From: Bugula neritina
Taxonomy: Eukaryota; Animalia; Bryozoa
Direction of reading: 5' to 3'
NCBI GenBank assembly: GCA_964035545.1
Contig: OZ037768.1
Location: 5,116,741-5,180,740 of the forward strand
DNA length: 64,000 nt
Part shown: positions 1 to 14,886 of the stretch, one piece after another
How the letters are laid out: the number at the start of each line of letters is the position of its first letter
Position numbering within the stretch: the first letter of the stretch is position 1
The notes under the pieces: model-generated
Seen by the model: only the letters and a program-made list of their open reading frames with translations
The model's database searches: none
What the model was told of the DNA's origin: nothing
Translations under genes and position numbers: made by a program

Positions 1-1658
1 GATCCAGGTTATTATATTCAATTTATATAACATATTACACTTGTAAGCCACATTTTCTTGTAACCTATACATGAAGATTCCATATTTACTATCTTAGCTC
101 GGATTACAGCTTGAATAATACAAAGAATACAAAAAAGAAAGCTAATCTGAAGTTAAACTCATAATAGCTTATATGCAATCAAAGAGACTGAAACACAATC
201 AAGCGTAACAAGGTAATAATACAACGTGCTAATCACTTTCTAAAATTATAAGATTTGAGGAAAATGCAAGAAATTCCTACAATGAATACAAAGAGATGTA
301 ATTAGCACTTCAATGCAGCTCACCTTCACGTTTTCATTTATAACTTGAAATGTAAGCACAGTGAATGGAGATAAATCCATAGATTAGATCAACAGATAGT
401 GCTATCATTTGTTATATGCTCGTACAGCCCATAGGACAATATTCTGTCACTGCAGTATGCTTACTACTAAGTAATAGCTATATCTAACCTGTGCATGCTT
501 GGTCCCTATAAAATTATCAATGAACTGTGAACCAAAAGCATGAATATCAGAAAGGGAATTTTTCAAACCGTTTTTCTATGTCAATTTATCAGCAAATATA
601 CCCGCTACTACTAGGTTTTGCTATACAAGATTGCTAGATTTAGGCTGCAAGTGATTGCTATTTCACAGTGCAGTAGGTATTGCTACACCAAGCCAAAAAC
701 AGCTTGTAGCTCTATTTCGCAGGTTAAATAGAGAACCTTATAAATAATATTTTAGTTGGTGTTATTTGCTTTCTATTGTTTAAAATACTTGTTTGTTTTG
801 AATCTTCAGCCTGGTATGATTTACCTTATCTTGTAGGATTAACCAGAAGTTGTTCAACTAATACTAATTTTTTGCCTATAATATTGCTATGACAAAATGT
901 AGCATATATTTAGTTGTAGCTAGCCTCAGAAATTATCCAAGTTTTTGTCAGCAGCAGCAGTGTAATGGGAATCATGGCCTCATATCAAAACCCAATTATG
1001 CAGCTCGGTAACTCTAGTTAACTCTAGGTTCTATATCAGTTTATTTTAACTGAATTTGCTTTTAGCACAGAGGCTTTGGTAATGAACTCCTTATTAGGCA
1101 TATATCTGATAGATTAATCCTAAATATCAGCAATTAAAACAAGCAAATAGTAAAATAGGAAATAAAAATCATAGAATGAGGGACTTCCGTCTGCCAGAAT
1201 GCATGTATTCTACTATAAAACCAAAGAGCTCCACAAAAAAGGGATGTGAATCTAAATGAAAGACAACACTTTCCAGAAATGCTTAAATTAATTACTTCCA
1301 AGTCTCAATCAACAGCGACTTACTACAAATCTTAACAATAGAGTAGCTTTTTGCCTTCTGAAAAAAATATCAAATTTAAAAAGGAATTTCTCTGAGCACA
1401 AAAATTTGATAATAAATAATGTCAGAGTACGAAATGCCGGTTTCTAGACTTAGAGATTAGATATAGACATTGCCTATAGTAAACTATTGCCAAAATAAAG
1501 TGTGGAATATTTATAACAGTTTGGCATCATGACATATTCTATAGCACAGATACTGTTTGAATATAATTCTGAATGAATGTCAATGGCCTAATAAATAATA
1601 AAACATAAAGTAACTATCAAAGAAAGAGGACACCCGAGACAGTTCAAAGGAAATAGCC

Positions 1659-4600
1659 TTAGGTCATCCTATAGCTGCTCCCATCTTTCTCCCTTATTTG
1701 TGGCCCTGAGCAAGCTTCTCGCATCTCCTCAAAAAAGCTGAAAGAAAGAAGCTAATTTTTATAAACTGGACTCAATATAATGTCTACGAATGCTACAGTT
1801 ACATCCATTTATCAACAACAACCACTAAACTACTTTGAATTGAAAGTGTTTTTACCAGTAGGAAGAAGTTGAAAAAGCTACCAAGTAGAACACTTTTATT
1901 AAATGCTGCCAAACTAGTAACCCAAGACTTAGTTGCAGAGTAAGCAATACAAGCAAACCATCATATTACTTGCCATAATCTATATAACACTTGGGGCTAA
2001 TTTCAAAGACTGGCCAAGGGCACCTGCCAAGCTTGGCACATGCAGCATGGGAATACTGAGTGAATAGAATATACTATCATTTAATCACTTGGCATTTGTT
2101 CACTTGATAAACTTAATATTTGCACGCAAACAAAATTAATTGGCATGGCAAATGGTGAAAAACACAAATATATAAATTATTGACTATACAACATTATAAT
2201 TAGTAGTGGGTGATTGAGACTATAAACATGACCGATAATTCAAGTTGTTTGCATTATTTGAGATTCTTCACTGTGGTTTGGGTCAGCCAACCCTTAAAAT
2301 ATGCTTTGGAAAAAATTAGTGAAACTTTAGAGTTTAGACCATGGACCAAACTATATGCTAATGAGAGAACAAATCCAAAAAACTACATAGCAGTCTTTTA
2401 ATAAAAAGTTGAATATGGTTTTTGTTCAAAAATATTAATACTTTTTGTTGTGAATTTTTAACAAAAAAAGCTTAAAAATAGCTATGTATATATTAGTTGG
2501 CAGCAAATTTCTGTCTGACTAATACCTACATAATGTAGTACTGAATAATTGATGACAATAAACACTAGATAATGACTTTCACACCAACACTAACACAACT
2601 GCTTGGTACAGACTATTTAAAGAAGTTGTGCAGATAAATATAATAGTATGTTACAGTTACAAGCTCCATTACCTGGCGGAGTTGTGTATAGTGGTGCCAC
2701 CAAGGACAACTTTCACACCAGGAGTAACTTTGTTGAAGGTGTAGACACAGTTGGCTTCTTCATAGGTTGCTCCACCAACTATGAAGATGATGACACACTG
2801 CGGCCTGTAAAGTATACTTGTGTGGTGAAGCTGCACGTGTACATGACTCTATGTAATATTTACTACACCCAAAGTGACTACTCGGTTGAGTACTGCAGTT
2901 ATGAAATCTAAAACTCTTCACAGTTAATTTAGTAATGGTTTATTCAAAGGAAAAAAGTATTCAATTGATATGAATAAAAACCATATAAGAGCTATTGATT
3001 GTCAGTTTAAGCTGGTAAGTTAGTATATAGTGAGGTAGTACGAGTATTTAGTATGAGTTAGTATAATATACAGGTTTGGAATAAAATTGCCAATTCAATT
3101 TGATATAATTTAATAAAAAATTTCAGTAAAGTTGAAGCTAATATACTGCAGCTGACACTAAGTGGGGATTCCTTAGACTGACTATTCATCCGCTACTTGG
3201 ACAAAAACAAGGGCCACAGGCTAACCTGTCTCGAGTTTCTCCAGATGTAAGGAAGGGGTACTGTGACTCCCTCAACTTGGACTTGACAATCTGATCGAGT
3301 AGTTCAGCCAGAAGAGGCGTGTGTTGTGTGAATATATTCTCCACTCCCTTCAGGCCCTTGAAGAATCGCTTGGTGAGAGATATCGGAGACTGAGTGCCAA
3401 ACAGATCCGAACTTCTCTTCTTCTGTCCACCATAGTTCAACACGTAGCCCAACATCTACATCAATGAACAGCATCTCACCTCACACCAACTTGACACCAT
3501 CCACAGGTACTTGTCCAAATGTAACTAGTTAGTAGTAGCAGGTTAGTAGTAGCAGTAGCATTAGTAGTAGTGGCAGTAGTGGTAGTGGTAGTAGTAGTAG
3601 TAGTAGTAATAGCAGTAGCAGCAGCAGCAGTAGTAGCAGTAGTAGTAGTAGTACTAGTAGTAGTACTATATAATAGTACGTATACTGTTGGTATGACCTA
3701 ATCTATATGATAATATAAAACAGACTGAAACGTCCTATGAAGTGTTTTTGAGTGCCCTTCCCGATAAATTTTACCACCGTTATCTTTATAGCATATGTAA
3801 AGGTGTTATCTCTTTAAAGAAACCTTATGAAGGACAAAACTTATTTACACCAAAATATTTATAAATAAAATTATCTGAAAATATCAAGAATTTTTATTGT
3901 TTACAAGAAAATTGAACTGATAAAACCAATGCTCAACCACCATGCAGCATATAAAAAGTATATACTGAAATTAGTGATTGTAACATACGCGTCTGTCTTT
4001 CTCTGGCAACCCTTTCTTTGTGAGTGTATCTATCAGTCCATGGACATCATTGTTAGTGTGAGTTTCGTATTTCAGTGCATACAGCATGACTAGACGCAGC
4101 TTGTCCACCATTCTCACCTTGTCATGATTCAGGAGAGCACGTATTTCCTGTAACAGAATGATTTTCGTGTAGATAAAACAACTTCAAAGATGACTTCCTG
4201 ACAAATGAAGAAAAGTTATACAGTTGGAAGCTAGGTGTAAAAAACAAAAACGTTTACTTTAGAAATACATTGGACAGACAACTGATGACAGGATTTCATA
4301 AAGAAACTCTATTACCACCATGACACTGTATGATGATGTGGAAGTCTAAGCTATTGACTTTAGTAGTACCTGTAAAGATTTGCTGTGTTCAGTTTGACAA
4401 CATATCTCCTGTTCTAGTTCAGAGACGGCCATTATGTTGTATGTTTGGACAAGGCGAGACAACTCTGACACCAAGGTGACATGCTTGGCCACTGTACCAG
4501 ACATCTTCTTGAACTGTGGATATGTTTCTATAGAATAAAATATAACGCAACATAAAATACAACAATAACATTTAAAATCAGAAATATGCAATTGTATAAA

Positions 4601-7600
4601 GCCTTGAGCATGGAACATAAACCAACCAATGAACTTCTTCATATCAGCTATGGATTCCACCTTTCCTTGCTGATCAGACTTTCTCTGAAACTCTTCCATC
4701 AACTCTTTAATATTACTTCCAATGTCTCCAAAGTTAGAGGCAAAATTCTACAAACAATACAAGCTACATCACAACAATAATTTATAGATGCACAGCATTG
4801 ATTAGTTCATGGCTTGAAGAACATCTTTTTTACTACAGTTACAACTGAATGACAATTTCCACAAACTTTCCATACTCCATTATAACAAAGTGTGTTGATG
4901 ACAACCCTGGACATCCACAACACACAAAACAAATAAAAATTTATTATTTTTTCCTGGAAGGCTGAAATACAGTGATTAAATGATAAAACTGATTAGTCTT
5001 ATGTGTAACCTCTACCAGAATCTGCATATTCACAGCCAGACCTTAGCATAGAACTCGTCGTGTTCTGAGGACAGGATCAGTTCGTGAAGATCTTTTGAGA
5101 CGGAGGGAAGATGTGACAGACTTACTCTGTTGTTTTGTATGGTAAGCAGCTCGTGCACCATCGCTTGATATGTCCACTGTAACCAGTGATATTATTGGTC
5201 AAATATTTGTGCCGCTTCATTGCGCGTGAGAAAAAGTTTCCATACAAAACTTAAATATAGCTGGTAATTTAATGCTAGATAAGCCCGTCAGCTCAAATAG
5301 TTTATAACTTTAAATTTTCGACAAGGTACATTTGCAGAAACTGTGCAGGCTAAAAAATTGTTGAATATCTAAAGTATGAAACAAGTGTTAAATTATGTTA
5401 AGACAAAACTGTACTTGGCTCAACATTGTGTTTCCAAGCCTCGCATTATGTGATTGGATGTTTCATTCGATATTTGGAAACAGTTGCATCGAATGAAATC
5501 ACAAACCTAAGCTCATGTAAACCGCAACCACAAATTCATCCCTACGAGCAACCATTTGCATAATGCAAAGTAATGGAAATGCAGTGATAGACAACTGACA
5601 TACCTGATTCAACAAGGGGGTGACTGGGTCTTCCTTTCTATCTAAAATAATGAGCTGAGGAGGTACGTCTGTTCTTCTAAAGTCAAACAAAGATGCTTCT
5701 TTTGAAATGGTTTGCTTCAAAATATAAAAAAATAAATATTTAATACGCTTTGAGCTACACAAATACCAACCTAAGACTATACAAAATTGAAACTAGCACC
5801 ACGCACACAAAAACAGTTGATGCAAAACCATTTCTAATCTTTCAAAATTTGAAAATTGATACTCATACACTGAAATCAACACATTAACAAAGTCAATGCT
5901 TTGTGAAAATCTAGAGGATGAGTGGGCAGATTAGATGCCCAGTTGATACGAGACAGTAGCAGGCACACCTACCCTCACGGCCTCCGCTAACTTGTACGTC
6001 ATATCCGAGTTGGCTTGATATCTGATTGCCGGGCACTTCCTGAGAGACAGCATGACCGAAGTCAGTCCTTCCACCGTCCGTTGCAGATATTTTCGGTTCC
6101 ACTGATTTGCCTAATAAAGTTTCAGAAATCTTAGCATATAACCAATAACTAAACTGATGACAGCACTCTTTAAAATAAAAATTCCTTCATTATTTAGTAA
6201 TATTGACTTTATATATCTGTTTTGAAAATAGGGAGCAGCCGTGGTCTAGGGGTTAGAGTGTTTGCTTAGTAAACACAAAGGCATGGGTTTGAGCTCGACA
6301 AAGGCTATTGGTGATGTTAGGAAGAGTATCCAGTCATAATTGCTCCTGTGCCCCATATCAATAAGTCCTTAGCCTGATTTAACAACAGGGGTTTTCTCAC
6401 AGGGATGGCGACTATAAATTTGCGTGAGTTTTTATATCTGTTTTGAGAATGCGTCCAAAACAATATGGACATTGACAAATCAAATAAACTAAAATAATAA
6501 ATTAATAAACTAATGCTGAGAACTTACAGCCTTGCAGCCAATGATGTTGAAGGAAAAGAGGTGAGGACTGACTGCTATATAATCTCCGAAAAACTCTTGG
6601 ACTTCTCTAACAGACTCATGCTCATCTGCCTCCGCCAGGTATTTGACGTCTTGCTTGCTAACCACATTACTAAAGTCTACAAACACGGCAAAACTTTTAT
6701 CTTCCGTAACGCTAGTGATAAAAACACAAGCTGTACAACTATGTGAGGAAAAGGAAGAACATGACACTGCTAGATTGGCAGTAATTTTATTAATAACTGT
6801 AACATTTATATCTACCAAAAAAGATATTTGAAAAATATAGAAAAAGCAAGCATATGTATTATTTTGCATACATTTTTGCCAAGGAGGCATAACTTAAACT
6901 TTGCAAAGCGGTAAATTAGCGAAAAAGTGCTGTTTATAAAAATACTTGAAATAACAAAAAAAAATTAAAATAGATCTGATAATCAATAAATCAAGAGCTT
7001 AAACACAAATATGAAAAATTCATTTGAAATACTCACATATGTAATATTGGCCATACTTGGGATTACGAAGTTCTTCTCTAAGCATGGCAATGTTATCTAC
7101 AGATGGTCGAACAAATGTGATACACTTCAACTGTTTCATAGCTTCCCGGTTTGCTGCTGTGATCTTTTCAAATAGGTAAACTTCTTTTTGCAAGATCTCA
7201 GACTGTGCGTAGACAATGCTGACAAAACTGATCTACAATAACATAAAAATATGCAAAATAAAAGTGCACAGCAAAGTGTGTAAATTTATTTTAAATGCTA
7301 TTGATTATAAATGAAAATCATAACCTTTATGACCAATATCTTGAAATTAGTAACATGATTTTCTATATATTCATAACTAGTCTTTAGTCCTTGCTTTATA
7401 GTAGCATTTAAAGCAGAGCTTTTAGTATAACTAGAATTACGGTTTGAAGTAGTATTATTCAGTTATACATACTTATTTTATTGAATAAAAAGTTGCTTTT
7501 AAACTGAAACATTAATATTATGTCTGCAAACTAGCTTATTTACTGGTTTATTAGTTCACGAACACTAACCACAACGGTCCACATCAACAGTCACAGTGCA

Positions 7601-8103
7601 TCAATATAAACAATATCAGTATTAATATAAGTAATACTATTACTAATAATAATACTGTAATACTAATAGTAATATATTTATAGTTATGCATCGTCATTGT
7701 GATTGGACAAGCCACTAATTATTTCTAATTTGTTCAAACCTCAAAATAACAAGTACAACATGAACAACTACAGATACATGTAATGATGCATTAAATTTAA
7801 CTATTACTATTAGTAATATAATTATATAAATTATAACAATGACGTAATGATTAGTGATAATCATAATGATATTAAATTTAATAATAATTTAAAGTATATT
7901 TCTTAAACTAAAACTCGGTTAATTGAAACTGAAATTAAATTCATTAATCTTTCCTTAAACTGAAGTAAAAGATTAAGTAAATTAAATCAAACTATAACTC
8001 TAAAACTTACAGTTTCATCATCCATCAGTAAGACTTTCATGCCTGGTCCTGCTTGATCTATCATTTCAGTAATGTACTTTTTCATTGCATAAATTACATC
8101 CAT
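1659..8103 (-). CDS. VPS45: Vacuolar protein sorting-associated protein 45 (Sec1/Munc18 family), 12 coding exons, ~566 aa
   Basis: Exons read with GT-AG boundaries and consistent phases: 8011-8103, 7037-7232, 6528-6676, 5973-6110, 5604-5714, 5042-5176, 4627-4747, 4370-4527, 3989-4147, 3226-3455, 2673-2804, 1659-1737 (1701 nt). The peptides [82 protein letters not shown] and [11 protein letters not shown] are hallmark VPS45 motifs. Confidence 0.96.
3530..3680. repeat. (TAG/CAG/TGG)n trinucleotide microsatellite in VPS45 intron
   Basis: Visible run tagtagtagcag...gtagtagtagtag. Confidence 0.9.
6230..6432 (+). mobile_element. tRNA(Thr)-derived SINE, full length, antisense in VPS45 intron 3
   Basis: A box GTGGTCTAGGGG, degenerate B box GGTTTGAGCTC, anticodon-like loop TTAGTAA, ends GAGTTTTT. 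Flanked by an ~18-bp TSD tatatctgttttga(a/g)aat (6212-6229 and 6433-6450). A closely similar second copy lies at 37309-37525 on the opposite strand. Confidence 0.9.
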
Positions 8104-9260
8104 TTTTTATTATTTACGATTAAAGTACATAAAACTGTAGCAAAAATGAGTAGATATGTGGACTGATATTCTACTAAACTAAATACCAATAATATGAAAA
8201 AAAGAAATTGTAAGACATGAGGTAAAAGCAAGTCGTCCTTACAGTTAGTGTTACAGGGTTTAGAATAACCTGTATAACTATATTAATATTGTTTCAACAC
8301 TTGACAGGAAACAGCGACAAGAGTTTAACCAATGGTTATGAAAATTTAGGATTATGTATTTTACAGTAATTGGCTTGACCCTAGAGTTATCTTCCCTATA
8401 AATAAAAAGGATTGCATTTGGCTATTCTGGTATAATTTGTAGGTTGGTCATCTGTTGGAACACTACATAATATAACTAACACATGTACAATGGGAGACCA
8501 AGCTGCCATGCATGCATACATGTAACAAGTTTTTTAAGAAATATTAGAAAACACACAACATTAATAAGCAAAATTTTGACTATCTGATGCATTACAGGGA
8601 TAAGTATAATAAAATAATAAAAATTGAATTAAGTGAAAAAAATACATGCTTTAAGTTTGTGTGGTGTTGCAGCAGGCCTACTTCATTTAGTTTTAAAATT
8701 CATTTACTGATTTCAACCAACTAAGATTATAACAATGTATGAAGTGAGTCTAATTAAACCTGTTTAAAGCAAATCAAAACAAGACAGTACTGAGCGAACA
8801 AAATATATTTATTAGTATTGTAGCATTTGCAGCTAGAAAAGCAAATGTCATCCAAATTAGTTTTAGATATATAGCTTCAAATTTTGCAGTCAAAAAGTAT
8901 AGAAATTTTTAAACAAAAATAACAATATCTGATGAAATCTTTGAAACAAGTAAAATATATTAAAATATTGACTGTACAGATACAGTAAACTAATATAGTA
9001 TCTACTAATAGCCAGCACATGCAAATTGAAAAAATATGAAAGACAAACAACTTTAAAAAATATAATGCCATATGTATTGAATATTTCCAAAACAAATGCA
9101 TCTAACAGCCAATGAGTATTGGTAACTCTAATGATGAATAGAACTCAATAAAAATATACTTTATATAAATTCAAATTACACAAAATAATTATGCATATAT
9201 TCATCTTTAGAAAAATGACTAAGAGTAGCGCTAGTCACACAAAACGTTTGATTATAAAAC

Positions 9261-12200
9261 CTAGGAATCTAGTGGAATATCTGAAGAAGATTTAATGATT
9301 TTATTTACACACCGCCCAAACTCTTCAAGAATTAACTTTTGTGTTGTATCTGGTTTACATTTGGCCACTTCAGCTTCACGACACTGTGCTATCAAACAGT
9401 TCATCACACCTTCTACCACTGTATCAGTCAAATGTGCCTTCAATGATTCTCTAATTATAAAATAAAACAGATATATTTGCAAATTTTCACTAAGCACAGC
9501 AAAAGCTAAAATCTCAAGAAGATGAAATGTCATTCCTGGTAGCAAAAATATTTTATGACAATTAAATAAATTCTTCAGAATCATTGAAAAGCGTGCATAT
9601 GAAATACACAACAAATTGAGGTGACGTTACCTTTGACGACTTCCAGATGCTAATGAGATGGTCCCTTGCTTGGTTTGAGAGAGTCTGTCAGATGTAGAGG
9701 ACTGGTGCATTGTTCTCACCATAGCGGCATCTGCCAGCCGCATTAGAGATACATTGCCGGAGTTTTCCTCACAATTCTTACACCCGACACATTTACACAT
9801 GATGCCACACAGAATCCGAGCCTATGAAAACAACAACTACATTATCAACACCCACTCCACGCATATAAACTGCAGCTAAAATTATAATTATGTAATCACA
9901 TTAAAACTTGAAGTAGAAGAAAAATAACCCAGGACATGTTAATAAAAAGAATTGTTTTTACATACCTATAACATGTTTGGGTCAATTAAGTAATTGAATT
10001 TTATCAGGCAATAACAAATCACTATAATTGTTCGACTTACAATGTTGATATATTGGCTAAATAAAAAAATTGCTGGCTAAATTTAATTAGGTTTAGTGGA
10101 AGAGCTAGAAATGAATTAAAGAACACAATTATATAGAAAATTATTCAGATGAGAAACTTGATAATTAAAAATTACATAAAGAATGACTTAATATTTTGTT
10201 CAATCTAAAGTTTTTTAGTCCCAATTTATAAATAAAAACAAAAAGACTTTAATTTTCAACATCACCACAGTTTGTAAATGTGATAGACAAAAACATATTT
10301 TCAGATATCTGTGTGAGTCATGACAACAGAGGAATGCAAGTTACCTCAAAACATTCACAATAGTTTTTCAGACACCCTGAACGTTTGCAATTGCAGCCTT
10401 TTTGGTGTCTTCTAACCTGGGCAGATTCTCCTTTACCTGCCAAAGAAATATTCACATTAAAAATAGTAGAAATACGATAAGGAAGCATCTTACACCATGG
10501 TGCAGCAGAAAGTAGATTGCTTGTATGTTTTGCCCAGATTGAGCAATTGTTAGCAAAAACATTGAGCCATGCCACAAAAATATAGACAGCCTTTTGTTAT
10601 TTGCAGGTATAAAACCAATGTTGGCTTGGTTGAAGCAATAAATTAGAAAAAAATAAAATTTATTTCTTTAAAATATAATTTTCCTGTATAAAAAAATCAA
10701 GAGGTATAACAGACAAAAAAGTCAATAATTTTTACTGAACCCAAACTGAAATGATCTGAGTTATTCATTAAACAACGACATGAATGAAGGAACTGCTAAA
10801 TGTTAGCAGCATAAAGATTCCACACTTAAACTCAAATAAGATGTAAATTTAAAGACTTGCTGATGCAGCTTGAGTTGGTATACTTGGGATTGTATAAGTA
10901 AGCTGTGATATTAGAAACAAAAGATAAACTTGACATTTCTGTGTACACATACTAGATGTTGGGCAAGAACTACTCGCATCATTTCATTCTGAAAGGTGAT
11001 TCAGCCTGAGCTGTTAAATCTTGATATAAACATGAAGGGTGAATTTATTTTGGGAGACACCAACGAGTGGTCAGATATAAGCACTTGCTACCTATTGCAA
11101 GTAAGTAGGTGATTAAGTATGTACAAATATAGCAAAATTAGAGGGTTTGTAGGTAGGGATATAGGTAATTAGGTAAGTGAGTGGGTAGATGAGTAAGTTT
11201 ATAGGTAAGTGTTAGGTGAATAAGCAAGTAGACAGGTAAGTAGGTAGGTGATAAGGTAGGTAAGTGCATAGGCAAAACATACCTATTTTCGGATGAAAAG
11301 CATGTGGGTTGCGGAGTAGACACTGTTTAATAGCCTTCTGCCGCTGTTCCTCCTTGCTAAGTATATTGGCACAGTTAATGCAGTTGCAGTTTGAGCAGAA
11401 CTCCCCTCTAGCAAAACAGTCACAATACCTGCAGAAATGAGGTTCTTAGATTACTAACAGGAAATGAGATAATTTCACTAAACTTTGTAACCTTTTAAAC
11501 CATCTAATTCATTTATTAGACCATGGGTGTCCAACCTTTTCATGGCGGGGCCACATTGTAAACTTTAGCTTGTTGTGGTGGGGAAGGGAGGTCACAGCAT
11601 CAGTATTTTTCAAATCATTTTATTCCGAATTCTTATTGATCATTACACATTGGAGTTCCAGGCTGCATGTTTTGTAACATGTGTATAAATAAGACATCTA
11701 AAAGGTGTCTTTTCACTTTAATTCATGTTTACTGTGAAAACTAATTTTAGTTTTATGCCATTAAAGGCCACGTAAATTCAGGCTGGGGGCCGCATCCCGC
11801 CCTGGGGCCGCTTGTTGGACAGCCTTGTATTAGATATTTTAAAATGTTTCGTGAGTTTGGTAAAAGCTAAAAATGTGTTTCAACCAATCTCTAGAGAGCT
11901 CAGCAATGTCATGACTAATGTGGCAGCAATGTGACCACTAATGTGGCAGCAAAATGGCCACTGATATAGCAGCAAGATCTTACAGTTTCAGACAGTGAGA
12001 TTTGGTACAGTTGCAAGGTTTCCTCGAACTTGAGTCTGGCACAGTTTCTTTCTTTGAAGGTTCAGTTTTTATGTCACTGTCATCTATGTCCATATTATAA
12101 GTTTTCATTACTGTGGAAGTTGAAGCTACTGTACCACTGCTCAAAATATTCTCGGTCTAAAAGTGAATTTAAGAGAATAGATTAAAGTGTTATTCATCAT

Positions 12201-14886
12201 GCCTAGTATAATGTAATGTAGTATAGTATAGCATAGTATAGCATAGCATAGTAATCTAGTATAGCATAGCATAGTAATCTAATATAGCATAGCATAGCAT
12301 AGCATAGTATAGCATAGTACAGCATAGTATATGTAGTATAGTATAGTATAGCGTAGTCTGGCATAGAGTATAGTATAGAGTAGTATAGTATCAAATACCT
12401 CTGTCCTACTAAATACCCTTTTTAACTTGATGCAAACCTTGAAAACTAATGCAAAAAGTTGAAAACAAGCTTGTTGAGTGAATTTGATTTGTTTGAGAGG
12501 AAAGTGTATGTGTTGCCTGAAAGACGAAGTATGTCTCTTACTTTAAGGACTCAAATTCAGACTCATTAAATAAATTAGTAGCATAATGTTGAGTAGATTG
12601 GCAGGGAATAATTTTGTGAATTAGCATCTAGCAAACAGAAATTAAATTTACATAAACTTTCACTGTATGTGCATTTTCCCTCCTATATTCAATTTTATCT
12701 AACACTAGCATGCTAGAGTTTGGTAACGTGTCTTTAGAACCTTAGAAAAATTAATCCTGAGGTATTGTGTCTCAGAGGTGTGCAAACTACATCACAGGCA
12801 GCTTCACTTGTGATCACCTACAGTCACACTTGCAAAGATATTATGTCTAAACTCTGTACAAATATGTTGCCACTTGTGAGTACATGAATTGCTAGCTAAA
12901 CTCAAACCTGATTGGGTGTTGAGGTTTCCGGTTTGTGTGGAGACAGGATGGCTAAGACGGGCTGAGATGTACCAGGTTGAGATGTTGTGAACATCGTGGG
13001 TACACTAGTGAGCACTTTCTGTATCTTTGCTGTGTTATGAGTCACTGGGATGGTAACTATCTGCATAGATGTAGATGAATATTATCAGTGCATGAGTGGA
13101 AATTGAACCTGATGTCAACACTGAGTTTCAGTTACAACACGTGTAAAACAACCAATTCAAATATGGCTTTGAGCCACTTTTCAGATCCAATGGCCACAAA
13201 CCTGTGAGTTTGAAGGTTTAGAATTAGCTGGCAAAATAAGTCGTTGCGAGGCAGAAACTTTTTGTTGAAGTGAATTAACTGAGCCAACCAGCTGTGTAGG
13301 AGCAATCTGTATCTTAGAAGCCTTTGAATTAGCCGTAGTGATCAGCCTAACAGGACCACCTGGCAAAATGCATTGACACTTCTAGTAAATTAAGTTCTGA
13401 CTTGCAACAAACCAATTATATACAACCTTGCTGTGATAACTCTGAGGGTTTGATATACAAACCAATGCTGGCAGAATTCATAGCCAGCTGCAAGTCAAAT
13501 CTAATCATGACCTGAATCTAGACTCTAGACTGACTTGCCAGTGCTGATTCAAGTCAATTCAAATATAGCATTTATTATAAGATTGTATAAGATTAATAGA
13601 AACTGACAAGTAGTCACACTTATTTCGCAGCATAAATAAAGTAACAAATTTGTAGCTTTAGGACTAGCAATTTTTAAATAATATTAAAATTTATTTAATG
13701 ATCACCAGTGAAATTAAAAACAACTACAGAAATAGTTGTGATCACTGCCATCAAATTGCAATCACTATTAAATCCATAAATAGCACTAAACTTATAATTG
13801 ATTACTGGAATGTTTACTAAAAAATTATTGAATCAGGAAATGATTAAACAAATTTACTATAAATCTAATGCTGTAATTGCTAAATACTAAAGTAGGCCAT
13901 TTATCATTTTGACTGACAAGGAACTTCAAATATTTGCAGCAAAGTAATCAATTTTTTTCAAGTCGTGTCAAGTTGCCTTGGAGTTTGAATAACTTGAGTC
14001 AATGTGACTTGGGCTCAGCTCTAATTAAATACAGGGTAAGTCATACCTGAAGCTTTTAAAACGTGCTGCTGGTGAGAAGGGGTGACAAGTCTTACGATCT
14101 GGAGACGAGGAGGTCTGACATCAGTTGTGACGGTGGTTGGCATCGCCTGGATAACCTAGTAGCCGTGTATATATACTGTATATAAGGATATACGAAGCAG
14201 ATTGCAGTTATAACTGACCAGCAACATAGACAATAGAAGTAAATAGAAACACCAACAATGATAAACTAAACCCAAATAAACAATCACATCATCAATCTGA
14301 ATAACATGATATCTTTTTAAAAAAAATTAAATTGTATGATCATTTACTTTATTTTAACTTTTGGAAGCACTGCACTAAAGAATTTTTTTGAACCAAATTC
14401 AAAACTTTATCACAGTTTGGCTAAACTTCAAGAAACTGAGCAGACTTATGCACAATATTAATACATAATATGTTGTGAATTTTGTATTGAAAAACAAATA
14501 TGTGATGAGATTTAACAGCTACTTGGTAGGAACAATCCAAGCATTTTCCATAACTAGTGACATACTATAAAAATAAGTAAAACATTTTGCCTTGATGTTG
14601 CCTACACCAGGATATGACCTAATAGCAAAGATTGCACTCAGATCCATTGCAATATCTGACTAAATATAAACAGGGCAAACTAAGACGTGGTCTAATATAA
14701 AGTGATTTACATTTGCAAAATTATGTATAAAAACAACTTGTAACTAAGACATACCCTCTGTTGATTAGAAGAAGGAATAGAGAGGACAAATTTTGGAGAT
14801 GGTGTGATGATAGTCACAGTGGTTTTGGGAAGCAAGGGAGTGTCATCTCTCTGATCAACCTCCATTTCAGTGGAGTTACTCATCAT
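9261..14886 (-). CDS. LIN54: LIN54/tesmin-TSO1-like CXC protein (DNA-binding subunit of MuvB/DREAM), 9 coding exons, ~447 aa
   Basis: Exons 14755-14886, 14047-14155, 13202-13359, 12908-13060, 11984-12156, 11283-11428, 10345-10436, 9631-9821, 9261-9450 (1344 nt, phases consistent). Two CXC domains ([30 protein letters not shown]; [37 protein letters not shown]) joined by the RNPHAFHPK hinge; C-terminal ILEEFGRC motif. The start codon is less certain. Confidence 0.93.
11095..11270. repeat. Degenerate (AGGT/AAGT)n tetranucleotide microsatellite
   Basis: gtaagtaggt...taggtaagtgagtgggtagatgagtaag; produces spurious ORF 11138-11323. Confidence 0.75.
11522..11827. mobile_element. Non-autonomous hAT (Charlie-like) MITE in LIN54 intron
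   Basis: TIRs CATGGGTGTCCAAC / GTTGGACAGCCTTG, subterminal GGGCCGC repeats, 8-bp TSD tattagac/tattagat. Confidence 0.85.
12205..12392. repeat. (TAGCA/TAGTA)n pentanucleotide microsatellite
   Basis: Visible tandem tagcatagcatagtatag; source of spurious ORF 12203-12394. Confidence 0.92.

Noticed and set aside
12203-12394. Tyr/Ala-rich ORF
   Set aside because: Translation of the TAGCA/TAGTA microsatellite
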